64,000 nucleotides of DNA, taken from an uncultured virus (IMG/VR IMGVR_UViG_3300025150_000005). Its lineage: Duplodnaviria > Heunggongvirae > Uroviricota > Caudoviricetes. The stretch lies in the IMG/VR virus record IMGVR_UViG_3300025150_000005; one strand, 5' to 3'. The notes beneath the pieces were generated by a model. It saw only the letters and a program-made list of their open reading frames with translations, had not been told where the DNA came from and did not search any database. Shown here piece by piece: positions 19,395 to 28,891 of this stretch (position 1 is the first letter of the stretch; each line of letters opens with the position of its first letter). The position numbers were made by a program, and so were the translations under genes.

Positions 19395-22231
19395 TCTTGC
19401 TACGCGTCTCGATTCGGGACTACCGCATCATCCGCACGGTGGATCTGGACTTCACGGAGATCACAGCGGCCGCCATCGCGGGACGCAATGGCGAAGGGAA
19501 GTCCTCGCTCATCGAGGCGATCTGGTGGTGCCTCTTCGGGCGGAGTCGATCCGGCTTCGACGGACCGCGCGTGATCCGGCACGCTGTCAAGCGCGCGTCG
19601 GTCGAGGTCGAGGTCGAGGTCGCCGGTGCGCAGTGGAAGGTCACGCGGACACAGACCCGATCCAGCCAGGATGTGCAGCTCTGGTTCTGGACCGGGGTCG
19701 AGTGGGAGAACAGATCAGGGAAGACCGCGAAGCGCGGTACGGATACAACGCAGGACCGCATCGTCGCGGCGCTGAAGGTCTCGTACGAGATCTTGATGGC
19801 GGGCCCCGTCGCGATGCAGGACGACAGCGATCGCTTCGCGCGAGCTGCACCCGAGGACCGTCGCGAGGTCGTGCGTCAGATCCTCAACCTCGACGAGTAC
19901 AAGCGCCTCGCTACTGAAGCTACCCAGCAGGCCAACGCGACGATGGCTGAGGCCACAGCGGCTACGCGGCTGGTCCCGCTGATAGAGGCGCTGGACGAGA
20001 GTCTCGCGCTGTCGCAGGCCGTCAGGGCGTCGGCGGAGGTTGCTGCAGGCGCTGCGGCAAATGCACTGGAGGCGGCCCACATCGTCGAGGCCGATGCGCG
20101 TCGGGCCGAGGGCGTCGTCGCTGCACAGGCGGCGGAGGCGCAGACTGCACAGGCCCAGTTGCCCGCCCTCCGCGCGAGTCGCGATGCGTGCGCACAGGCG
20201 CGACACGCGGCCGCGCAGGAAGTTAACCGGCTCATCCTGGTGGTCGAGGGGATGCCGGCGCTCCAAGCCCGAGCCGTCAAGCTGCCCGTAGCACGACAGG
20301 CGGACGCGTCTGCGCGTGACGCCCTTCAGGCCGCAGTCACGTCGACCGCCGAGCGTGAGCGCCTCGTAGCGCGACGTGAGGAGTTGTCAGCAGTCGTCGC
20401 AGCTGAGACGGGGCGAATGGACGCTGCTCGCGCAGAGCTGGAGCATTGCCCTCGTCTGGAAGCTGTCGTCGCGACGATCCCTGTGCTCGAAGCGCGCCTT
20501 GCCCAGGTGCGGGGGACCCTGGCGGCAGCTACCGACGCGGAGCGCGCGCTGCTCGAAGCGGTGGGGGACATCGACAACGCGCTTGACGTCGCTGCGAGCC
20601 GAGATGCTCGTGTACGGGCTCTCGCGCAGCAGGCAGAGTCCGAGGCGGCTGTAGCCGCAGCGCGACAGGTGCGGGACAACGCGCGTGAGGTGATGCACAC
20701 TGCTGAGCGCACCCGACATCAGGCAGGGGTCGATCATGAGCAGCGACAGAGTGATCTCAGCACTGTGCAGGAGCGCGCTGGACTCCTGTCTGACGTTCCG
20801 TGCACAGCCCACCCAGAGTGGACTGGGCCCAGGGGTTTCCCATGTGACCTCGCAGGGACGTGTCCACTCCTTGCTGATGCGCATGGTGCAGCGGGGCGCG
20901 TCGAGGTCCTGGCGGCTGAGCTGCTGACCTCCGATGAGAAACGCGCACTCGCCGAGCAGGCGTGGATCGAAGCCAGTGCGCACCACGTCACCACGTGCCA
21001 GAACCTGTACGCGGTCGAGGAGCATCTCGGCCTCGTGCAGGAGTCGCTGCGACGCGCAGACACCGCACTCGCGACCGCGCGACAAGTTGCCCAGGCCCGA
21101 GCCTGCGACCAGTACGCGACGGCTCAGCGCACTGTCCAGCAGGCCCAGGGTGCCCTGGACGACGTCACGTCCGACTGGCACGAAGCGCAGGGGGCCCGGC
21201 AGGCTCTGGCGGCCCTCCAGGGCGCCCAGGGGCGTCTCGACGCAGCGACGCAAGCGCATCGTGAAGCAGCATGCGCCCGTTTCGACATCGACGACCAAAT
21301 CGCGTGTTTGCAGGTCCCAGATCAGGCCCAGCTCCGCCTCGCCGTCACGCGTGCAGAGGCCGCCCTGCAGGACGCCATGGACGCGACAGCACAGCTCACG
21401 GCGGCCAGCGCGGCGACGGCACAGCTCGAAGCCGCGCGCGCAAGCTACACGGCCCGCACGGCGGACCTGACGACGGCACAGGAGAAGGTCGACGCCGCCT
21501 CGCAGGTGTCTGACGCGCCGATCCGAGCCCTCGAAGCGGCGTGTACACGTGTCCGCGAGGCAGCCCAAGCGCGTGCAGGCTGTGCACGGGCCCTGGAGCA
21601 AGCACGCGACGTACTGCGTGACATCCAGGGCACCCAGGCCAGGGACACGGCCGAGCGCGTGCGCCTCCAGGGCGAGATCGACCGGGGAGCTGTCCACGCA
21701 GAGCGCGCGCGGCTCTACCAGCGGACGTCGGACGCGCTGACCATCGCGGCGATCGATCAAGTCGAGCGCGCGCTACCTCTCGTCGAGAGCGCGGCCAACG
21801 CGGTGCTGTCGATGACGTCCAGCCGCGGGATGACGGTGCACCTGCGGACGCAGCGTGTGAAACGCGACGGCACAGGCGTCATCGAAACCCTCGACATCGT
21901 GGTGCAGGACAACGAAGGGACGCGACTCCGCGAAGACCTGAGCGGCGGCGAGAAGTTTCGCGTGGACATGGCCTTGCGGCTCGGGCTCGCGCGGCTGCTG
22001 TCGGACCGTGAGGGCACGCCTGTAGACTTCGTCATCATCGACGAAGGTGGCATCGGGTCGCTGGACCTTGAGGGCGCCAACGCGGTCAAGGAGGTTGTCG
22101 CAGGTCTCCAGCGGATGTTCAAGCTCGTTCTGCTGGTGACGCACATCCCGGACGTCGCTGAGTGCCTCCCAGTCCGAATCCAGATGCAACTGACAGATCA
22201 GGGCTCGATTGTCGAAGTGCAGACCACATGA
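19391..22231 (+). CDS. sbcC: SbcC/Rad50 SMC-like ATPase
   Basis: GRNGEGKSS, long coiled coils, central Cys cluster (PC..C...CPLL), LSGGE, IIDEG, VTH. Confidence 0.9.
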   Translation: MILLRVSIRDYRIIRTVDLDFTEITAAAIAGRNGEGKSSLIEAIWWCLFGRSRSGFDGPRVIRHAVKRASVEVEVEVAGAQWKVTRTQTRSSQDVQLWFWTGVEWENRSGKTAKRGTDTTQDRIVAALKVSYEILMAGPVAMQDDSDRFARAAPEDRREVVRQILNLDEYKRLATEATQQANATMAEATAATRLVPLIEALDESLALSQAVRASAEVAAGAAANALEAAHIVEADARRAEGVVAAQAAEAQTAQAQLPALRASRDACAQARHAAAQEVNRLILVVEGMPALQARAVKLPVARQADASARDALQAAVTSTAERERLVARREELSAVVAAETGRMDAARAELEHCPRLEAVVATIPVLEARLAQVRGTLAAATDAERALLEAVGDIDNALDVAASRDARVRALAQQAESEAAVAAARQVRDNAREVMHTAERTRHQAGVDHEQRQSDLSTVQERAGLLSDVPCTAHPEWTGPRGFPCDLAGTCPLLADAHGAAGRVEVLAAELLTSDEKRALAEQAWIEASAHHVTTCQNLYAVEEHLGLVQESLRRADTALATARQVAQARACDQYATAQRTVQQAQGALDDVTSDWHEAQGARQALAALQGAQGRLDAATQAHREAACARFDIDDQIACLQVPDQAQLRLAVTRAEAALQDAMDATAQLTAASAATAQLEAARASYTARTADLTTAQEKVDAASQVSDAPIRALEAACTRVREAAQARAGCARALEQARDVLRDIQGTQARDTAERVRLQGEIDRGAVHAERARLYQRTSDALTIAAIDQVERALPLVESAANAVLSMTSSRGMTVHLRTQRVKRDGTGVIETLDIVVQDNEGTRLREDLSGGEKFRVDMALRLGLARLLSDREGTPVDFVIIDEGGIGSLDLEGANAVKEVVAGLQRMFKLVLLVTHIPDVAECLPVRIQMQLTDQGSIVEVQTT

Positions 22232-22599
22232 GCAAGGCGCTGAAACGGCCGTGCCGGACCTGTCCCTACCGTCAAAGCTCGAAGGCGTGTGACATGCCGG
22301 GTGGCTTCGATCTGACGAACGCAGAGAGGTTCGCAGTTGGGACAGTCACGCAGGGCTTCGGCCCGATCGCGATCTGCCACGATCACGACGATGACGATCT
22401 CGTGCTCTGTGCTGGCTACGTGCGTGCCCAGCTACTCGACGGTGTGCCGAACATCAACCTGCGTATAGAGATGATTCGGCGGCGCTTGCTCGGGACACCT
22501 GTTGAGATGCCCGAGGGCGACGCCGACTTGCTCGATACGTATGAAGAGATGGTGGCGAAGATGCAGGGAGATCCGGGGAGCCGCCGCAGTCGACGTTAG
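22228..22599 (+). CDS. Cys-rich DUF6283-like protein
   Basis: PCRTCPYR...ICH...LCAG. Confidence 0.65.
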   Translation: MSKALKRPCRTCPYRQSSKACDMPGGFDLTNAERFAVGTVTQGFGPIAICHDHDDDDLVLCAGYVRAQLLDGVPNINLRIEMIRRRLLGTPVEMPEGDADLLDTYEEMVAKMQGDPGSRRSRR

Positions 22600-22904
22600 C
22601 CGACGCGCCGCCAACGCCGCGGTTGACCCGTGTGCTCAGCGAGGCCCTTCTGGCGAAGGAGTTGTAGCGCGCGGTTGGCCTTGGGTGCGCTGCACGTGCG
22701 GACGTCCAGCGTGCGCGCGATCTGGGCGCGAATCTCCTCGGCCGATCGATCGTCCTGCGGTCGGCCGAGGACGCCATACAACCGCCACAGCTCCTCTTCG
22801 GTGAGGACCCAGTACGGATCAAGGGCATCGTCGTAGCGACCTCCCTGCCACGTCTTGCCCGACCACGTCGCGGGCCAGTTGGCCGGACGATTCGTCTCAG
22901 ACAT
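22596..22904 (-). CDS. Hypothetical protein, possible winged helix
   Basis: GAGGAG RBS; converges on the + strand block. Confidence 0.55.
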   Translation of the reverse strand: MSETNRPANWPATWSGKTWQGGRYDDALDPYWVLTEEELWRLYGVLGRPQDDRSAEEIRAQIARTLDVRTCSAPKANRALQLLRQKGLAEHTGQPRRWRRVG

Positions 22905-23111
22905 CGAGCGACTCCTCTTGATCTCGAACTGCGCGGCACATTTCATCGCTGGACGACCAGCATCGTGCCATTGGTGCCAGTACATCATCGAGTAGATGCG
23001 GTGGCGTGCGTAGGATGAACGGGAGCAGGGACAGACGCGCGTGCATCGTCGCGCGCGTTTGGACAGCGCGAGGATGTCCACAGACAGGGCACGTTGTCGG
23101 CGGTGCTGTGC

Positions 23112-23583
23112 TCATGCGTGACCCGGCTCTGTGCCAAGTCGGCGCTGAACGTCCGACCACAGGTTGCGCACGGGCTTCGACTGGCGCTCCGCGTAACTGA
23201 TCGCGTTCGCTGTCCCGCCTGTCGGTGATCCATCCCACACGGCCCAGACCACGTCAGCCCGGTCGACCATCCACTCATTGCGACGTTGTAGCTTCCAAGC
23301 AGCGTAGGGTGGTTGGGCGACGAAGACGACGCGTGTGGCCTGCGACAGGATGCCCGTGTAGTCGTCGCGCGACGACGGGGGCCATGGCGCCTCCTGGCCT
23401 GGGAAGGGGACAGCCGCGACGAGAGGGATACTGAGCGCGAGCGTGATTCGCACTGCGATTTGGTCGACCCCGAGCGCCATGCCGGAGATGACCTGTGTTG
23501 GGCGGGCCTCGATCAGTGCTGCGTGAATGGCGTCGTACACGGCACGCTGCACCGGGTTTGGAGCGTAGCCACCTAGTTTGTTT
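23112..23583 (-). pseudogene. YspA/DUF1273 SLOG-family protein, 5'-truncated by an IS end
   Basis: NKLGGY...ISGMALGVDQ...RNEWMVD..AVWDG..GGT.N; the expected upstream TGHRP is replaced by the IS terminal repeat. Confidence 0.8.
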
Positions 23584-23710
23584 CTTGGCTATCCGGTTGC
23601 CTCAGAATCGGCCCCCTCTCCCGGATCCTGGGATCCAGGAAGCCCGCGACGCCAGCCCCGCCTGTATCCTACTCGCACCTACAGACGTGAGCTAGCTAGC
23701 GGCGCGCGGT

Positions 23711-24007
23711 CTAGTGTCCGACTGCTTGTACGGTCACCCACACTTCGGCACTGTCATTAGTGTTCAGGTGCGTGAGCGTGAGCCGCGTTGCAGTGAAGTG
23801 CCACACGGACTGCTCGACATCCTGGGAAGGATCACACTCCCGACGGGGGCCCGCCTGCCCCGCTGCGTTATAGGTTTGGGCGCAGACAGCACCCCTGCGT
23901 ACATAGACGCGTACGATAGCCGGGTGGCAGCCGTTTACCACTTCGTAGGAAAGTGGCAGCTTCCGGTCACCACTCGGGAATCGGTACAGAGTCGACAAGT
24001 CGCTCAT
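23711..24007 (-). CDS. IS passenger, small beta-rich protein
   Basis: Aligns by eye with 54374..54634 (EVV.G..P..VRV...RG...Q.VW.F.A.R). Confidence 0.7.
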   Translation of the reverse strand: MSDLSTLYRFPSGDRKLPLSYEVVNGCHPAIVRVYVRRGAVCAQTYNAAGQAGPRRECDPSQDVEQSVWHFTATRLTLTHLNTNDSAEVWVTVQAVGH

Positions 24008-24052
24008 GATCTCAGTCCGAGGTTCTATTGTCACAGCGCCACCTCCCAATTA

Positions 24053-24176
24053 GGCGCGCTGGACCCTTGTCAGAGCGGCCACGATCCACTATGGTCGTGG
24101 CTAGCTTGGGCGCTCTGATTGGTCCAGTGCGCACACACTCGAAGCCGCTCGGGGTACCAGCCCGAGCGGCTTCAAC
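24053..24176 (-). ncRNA. Candidate structured RNA/leader in IS1595 element, copy A
   Basis: 13-bp hairpin plus a long interrupted stem; near-identical copy at 54741-54862; upstream TAGACC-17-TACTAT at 24213-24185. Confidence 0.55.
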
Positions 24177-24227
24177 CTCCCTAGATAGTAAGCCCATCCA
24201 AACGGGCGGTCTAGGCTTTCGTCGCAC

Positions 24228-25334
24228 CTACAAGCATAGGTTGCCATCCGCGTCCCACACGGGCGCGAACCCGTAGGCCAGCAACTCCTCGGGCAGCACA
24301 CTGAACACGTCCCCGACACCCACGCCATCCCACGAGCCCCCCGGGTTCTCCCTCACGTTCGCCAGCCCGTTGTAGTGCGCGCGGTACGTCACCGCAGGGG
24401 TTTCGGCACCGATCTGGAGCAAGGTTCGGAACGACCGCATCCGGGCGAAGCGCCGGTTGAAGCGGAACACGTACTCGTTGAGGTACTCCTGTAAGTGCTA
24501 CTTGCGCACGGCGCCGTGATACGTGCCGAGCAACCACGCCTTGAGATTCGAGATCACGAGGTGCACGAGCGGCACCCAGCTCTCGATGACCTCCTTGTTC
24601 TTCTTCGTGACCAGCCACTCATGAACGTAGCCCAGCTCGTTGAGGCCCATGTAGCTCTGATCCGCGTCGGACAGCACAACAGATCCCGGCTCGGTCCAAT
24701 CCTGCACGAACTTCTCGACGGTCACGGCCTTCTTGTCGGGGATCTTCCGCATCCGAAGGCGCCCGGCATAGAAGCGCTGCTTCTTCTCGCGGAGGTTCTT
24801 GGGCGGCGTCCCTTCGCGCATTTCGACGCCGATGATCACCAGCGCCTTCCGCGTCTTCCCGCGGCCTTCGCCACGGTTGACGCCGCCGACGTAGGCGATG
24901 TCCAGCTCTACGGGGTACTCGCCACCGATCTTGTCCTGGTTGAGGCGCGTCATGCCCTCGCGGAGCTTGCGTAGGAGCATGTAGGCGGTCTCGTAGCGAC
25001 CGATCCCGAGCTGTTTCCTGAACTCCAGAGCGGAGAGTCCAGGCGTCGAGGTCGCGACGAGGTAGGCGCCCCAGAACCAGACGCGAAGCGGCTGCTTGGT
25101 GCGGTGCATGATCGTGCCCGCGGTGACGCTGGTCTGGTGTCGGCAGGCACGGCATTCGAGAAGGCCGCGCGTCGCGATAACGTAGGGGTAGTCTCGCACG
25201 CCACAGGCCGGACAGGTGAAGCCGTTGGGCCAGCGGACCTCCGCGAGATAGCGTACGCAGGCTGCATCGTCGGGGAACATCTGCTGAAATTCGATCAGGT
25301 TGCGAGGGTAGGTCGGGAGGGGGTTCGCGCGCAC
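24228..25334 (-). pseudogene. IS1595-family DDE transposase with a premature TAG at 24498-24500
   Basis: RWPNGFTCPAC..LECRAC Zn ribbon, VELD, LSD, HLQEYLNEYVFRFNRR; copy B has AAG where this copy has TAG. Confidence 0.9.
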
Positions 25335-25730
25335 GTGCGGGACCTATGGATATAGGAGGATGCGTCCACCGTAGTGACGCGCGGCACGACGGTCAACGCG
25401 AAGAGGCGAACGGGAAAACGTAGGTACAAACGTAGGTCAAGTACGCGGCACGAAACGAGAAATCGTCATTTGGGCCTTGCGCGGATCGGTTCGGGTCAGT
25501 ATTTCTTTGGGCGTACCGAACTGGGAGGTGGCTCCCCTAAATCCTCGGATTCGGCAATGGTGTCGGGTCCAGGAATGCGAAACCCCCGCGGATAGCCGTC
25601 CGGGGGGGTTTCTTCGAAAGACAGTGCTGAAGCTAGCAGCACAGCCCACGCAAACGTAACCGTACCCGATTACGTCTGTTGCTGCAAGGCATTAGCACTT
25701 CACGTTCTGCGCAAGCGGAGAGGAGGTTCT

Positions 25731-26147
25731 ATGTCGAGCAGTAGCTCCAAGTTCATCGCTGTCATCGTCGCCCGTGTTCTGCGCGAGGTTCAGTGGTTCC
25801 TCGACCACCCGGACGTCGCCACGGTCTACGTCGGCCGCACCTACGACCTCAAGCGGCGACGCCGTGATCACGTCGCCGCGGGTCGTGGGAGCATCTTCTT
25901 CCCCCTGACGCGCATCATCGGCCACCGCCTCACCGAGCTGGTCGAGACGATGGTCCTCACGCTCCTCTGGGGGCATCCGAAGCTCATCAACCGCGAGGCC
26001 GATGGGCGGGGCGCCCTGCACGCTGGCGCGAACTTCATCTACGTGATGGTGGAGGTGTGCACGAAGCAGCGCCGCGACTCGCGCCTCGCTCTCGACGAGG
26101 ACCGCGTGGAGAAGGCGACCAGCACCGGGGGGTTCATCTTGATTTGA
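25731..26147 (+). CDS. GIY-YIG-like nuclease
   Basis: VYVGRTYDLKRRRRDH ... E ... N; GAGGAGG RBS. Confidence 0.65.
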   Translation: MSSSSSKFIAVIVARVLREVQWFLDHPDVATVYVGRTYDLKRRRRDHVAAGRGSIFFPLTRIIGHRLTELVETMVLTLLWGHPKLINREADGRGALHAGANFIYVMVEVCTKQRRDSRLALDEDRVEKATSTGGFILI

Positions 26148-26215
26148 GCTACTGCAGGCACCACGGCTCCAACAAGGCGTTCCACGACTCGACGGCCTGC
26201 CAGTAACTCCCTGGT

Positions 26216-26267
26216 GGGCTGCACGCTACTCTCAAGAGAAACCCTCTTTAGACGTAGCGTGCAGCCC
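26216..26267. terminator. Long inverted repeat
   Basis: GGGCTGCACGCTAC / GTAGCGTGCAGCCC perfect 14-bp arms with further inner pairing. Confidence 0.5.
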
Positions 26268-26337
26268 GTTAACGAGCCTCGCACGCCTTCGTTCCCCGGG
26301 CTATACTCCCGTGAGTATCTCTCAGGGAGGTGAGCCA

Positions 26338-26769
26338 ATGTTCCAGGTAGCAGACAGTCGTGATGGACGCGGTGTGTTGCTCGGCGTTCGCGGGCTTGGG
26401 GCCAGTGGGGCGCGCGAAGCTGAACGCCTCGCGCGGCTGGCCATGCCGGCCGGCGGGGCGCGCCCCGCAGTCGGACGCCAATGCTGGTGGGTTGAAGGTC
26501 AGCTCCGCTGCGCCAACGTCTATGCCAAGTCCTCGATCGCTGCAAAGCGTGAGGCTGTGGAGCCGCTCCACTTTGGCGTTCGTGGGCTCGGGACGGCCGT
26601 GCCGACGTACCCGGGGTACACCCTGTCCACACGGAACGCGCCCCGGGTTTCTTTGCCGAGTAGCGAACCGCGACTGACCCTGGCAAGCCGCGGTCAGTCG
26701 TGGGGTGCGCTGGCGCTAGGTGGTCTGGCACTACTCGGCGTGGGGCTGTGGATCGGGAAGCTGCGCTAA
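26338..26769 (+). CDS. GLG-motif protein with C-terminal TM anchor
   Basis: GVRGLG occurs twice; terminal TM plus KLR; GGAGG RBS. Confidence 0.75.
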   Translation: MFQVADSRDGRGVLLGVRGLGASGAREAERLARLAMPAGGARPAVGRQCWWVEGQLRCANVYAKSSIAAKREAVEPLHFGVRGLGTAVPTYPGYTLSTRNAPRVSLPSSEPRLTLASRGQSWGALALGGLALLGVGLWIGKLR

Positions 26770-26806
26770 GTACACGATCCCGCTTGGCTGATAGAAGGGG
26801 CGGGCC

Positions 26807-27898
26807 CTATAACTGCCACGGCGCAAGTAGCGTGGCCCACGCAGCACGCTTCTGCGCGTACTCCGCTGGACAGCGGTCCACGCGTTGCTGGAAGTCCGGG
26901 AAGATCTCGACCAAGAAGCCGTAGGACGCAGGGTCGCTCCCGTAGACCAGACAGATCATGTTGTAGAAGCGCTGGAGGTTCAGGCCATGCTCGTCGGCCA
27001 AGGCGATGTTAGGGGCTGCGTCCTGCCCCGTCAGGTACCAGTAGACCGCTGCGAAGACTGCGGCCTCCCCATGTCCGACCGCGATCAGATAGATCGAGGC
27101 GAACTCATCAACAGCGTCCTCCTCGCGTCCCACAGCGGGTAAATTGAGCAGGTGGATGAGCCCGTGTCCAGCTTCGTGGAGGAAGATGAAAGCCCAGGTC
27201 CACAGGCTCGCGTTTTCGACCTCCTCCGGAGTCCAGGCCTCCACTCCTGCAAACCCAAACCAGATCTCCTGTAGCAGGTCCAAGCACAGGGTTATCTGCG
27301 CGTCAGCTGGGTAGTAATAGGCGTTCGCTTGGCCGCACACCTGATGGAAGATCGGTACAGTGGTCGGCAGTGCGAGAACAGCGTTTAGCGAGTCGACCAT
27401 GATTCCGAGACGTCCATCGTTGATAACGAAGTCCTGATACGCGCCAAGCTCCAGGTCGGGAACCTCGTCCCATTCGAGGACGAAGTCTCCCAAGTCGGGC
27501 GGACCAGGATCCCCGCCGAATCCTGAGTCGCCCCCAAAACCGCCAAAGCCACTGGGGTCGCCGCCAAAGCCGGGATCCCCGCCGAGCGAGGGCTCACCAC
27601 CAGCTCCGGGTTCGTCCCCACCCGCACCAGGAACAGCCCCAGCATCTCGGGGCGGCGGGTTCTGAGGTGAGGCGTCCCTGGGCGGGAACGGCGAGAAGAC
27701 TGTGGCGTCCGCCGTGCTGCCGCCACTCCCGCCTGCTCCACCTGACGGAGGCACACAGCGCCACGTGTCCTCACGCTGCTCACACACGAGGCCTGCGCCG
27801 CACCCGCTAGAGCTGGATAGGCACCCGTCGTCGTCCCCGCCCTGGCCTTCACAGCCCGCGAGGGCAACCACGATCATGATCAGTCCGACAATCCTCAT
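26807..27898 (-). CDS. DUF4344-type zinc metallopeptidase lipoprotein
   Basis: Lipobox LAGC, Gly-rich GGDPGF repeats, HEAGH, GREEDAVD, DEH...QRFYN..C.VYG. Confidence 0.85.
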   Translation of the reverse strand: MRIVGLIMIVVALAGCEGQGGDDDGCLSSSSGCGAGLVCEQREDTWRCVPPSGGAGGSGGSTADATVFSPFPPRDASPQNPPPRDAGAVPGAGGDEPGAGGEPSLGGDPGFGGDPSGFGGFGGDSGFGGDPGPPDLGDFVLEWDEVPDLELGAYQDFVINDGRLGIMVDSLNAVLALPTTVPIFHQVCGQANAYYYPADAQITLCLDLLQEIWFGFAGVEAWTPEEVENASLWTWAFIFLHEAGHGLIHLLNLPAVGREEDAVDEFASIYLIAVGHGEAAVFAAVYWYLTGQDAAPNIALADEHGLNLQRFYNMICLVYGSDPASYGFLVEIFPDFQQRVDRCPAEYAQKRAAWATLLAPWQL

Positions 27899-28026
27899 TA
27901 GCCCCTCCCCCTTGTAGGGCCTTGGTTAGCCCCAGCAGTACACCAGACCCCGTGTCCGGCCAGTACGGCATACCGGACTTCGCGCCGGCCGCCAACATCT
28001 ACGTTTCCACCCCGCGGAGGTCCGGG

Positions 28027-28263
28027 GTGGATGAGCTTCAGCAGAGGATGGTGAACCGGATCCGTGAGCTGGCGCGAAAGCGCGGGATTGCGATCACGCA
28101 CATACCGGATCGGTGTGGAGTCGGGCGCTCGCACTTCTTCGAGGTGATGGCGGGCCGGGCGTCGCCGACCCTGGAGTGGGTAACGAAGATCGCGGTGGTG
28201 TTCGAGGTGGATCCGGGAGAGCTATTGGCGCCAGGCGCTCAAGGTGCTGGTGGCGCCCCCTGA
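28027..28263 (+). CDS. XRE-family HTH regulator
   Basis: RIRELARKRG...GVGRS....GRASPTLEW..KIA..FEVDP.EL. Confidence 0.75.
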   Translation: MDELQQRMVNRIRELARKRGIAITHIPDRCGVGRSHFFEVMAGRASPTLEWVTKIAVVFEVDPGELLAPGAQGAGGAP

Positions 28264-28628
28264 GAAGCCGGTTGCGGTGTTTGACGAGCGACGGCGTCCC
28301 GGTACATCCCGTAGCTCGCTATAGCCGCGAGGACAAACGTCAGAATGACGAGCGCCCACGTAGCGTGCCGCGTACTACTAGCGATCTGCGCCACCCTCGC
28401 ATCCGCGCGCCGGTTCTCCTCCTCCATTCGCTCAAGCCAGGCGGCGAAGTGCTCGTCGCGCGCCATCTCCACCTCCTTCGCTAAAGAGTCGAGCGAGGCC
28501 TGCCACGCGGGTAACTGGTCGACAGTAAGCTTATGTCCTGTCGCCATCTCTCAGAAATTCTCGGCGCTAGCACAGTAGACTCGTCGTGCCTCTTTGAGCT
28601 TGTCGTCAGCGTCTATAAGTCGAGACAT
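28239..28628 (-). pseudogene. Coiled-coil/TM protein with an in-frame TGA at 28551-28553
   Basis: AGGAGG RBS before ATG 28628, in frame with 28239..28547. Confidence 0.55.
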
Positions 28629-28862
28629 GGGCGCACCTCCTGTGCGCCGCAACGTATCCACGAACTGATCAGTTTACCAACTTCCTTCGGAAGTCATTCC
28701 GAGTGATAATAGGCAGTCTACCGCGCGCGCGTCGGGCTCTCCGTGTCGGTCACGTAGCGCCGAGCCGGATGAAGCTCGCCGTCAACCCGACCTCGAATGG
28801 ACCAGTGGTGCATCAATGGGACTCCGGGTATGCGCGTCGACATCGCGCTGGTGTCAAGGGCT

Positions 28863-28891
28863 GTTCTACTGCAAACGTAGGTCGGCGTCAA
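28863..28891 (-). promoter_or_regulatory. Sigma70-like promoter with shared operator
   Basis: TTGACG-CCGACCTACGTTTGCAG-TAGAAC. Confidence 0.7.

Larger units (their letters stand above)
23584..25345 (-). mobile_element. IS1595-family element copy A (far end not found)
   Basis: TIR CTTGGCTATCCGGTTGCCTCAGAAT at 23584, passenger gene, conserved leader, transposase. Confidence 0.8.

Noticed and set aside
3770..24500. TAG reassignment (alternative genetic code)
   Set aside because: Many genes end properly at TAG, long genes have no internal TAGs, the transposase TAG replaces AAG in the sister copy, and a TGA lesion also occurs
25500..25700. tRNA in the structured intergenic region
   Set aside because: No cloverleaf or TTC-containing T-loop in the right geometry could be identified
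28690..28715. GTCATTCCGAGTGATAATAGGC as the far TIR of IS copy A
   Set aside because: Only a short partial match to GTCATTCTGAGGCAACCGGATAGCCAAG, with no TSD and no resumed SLOG gene
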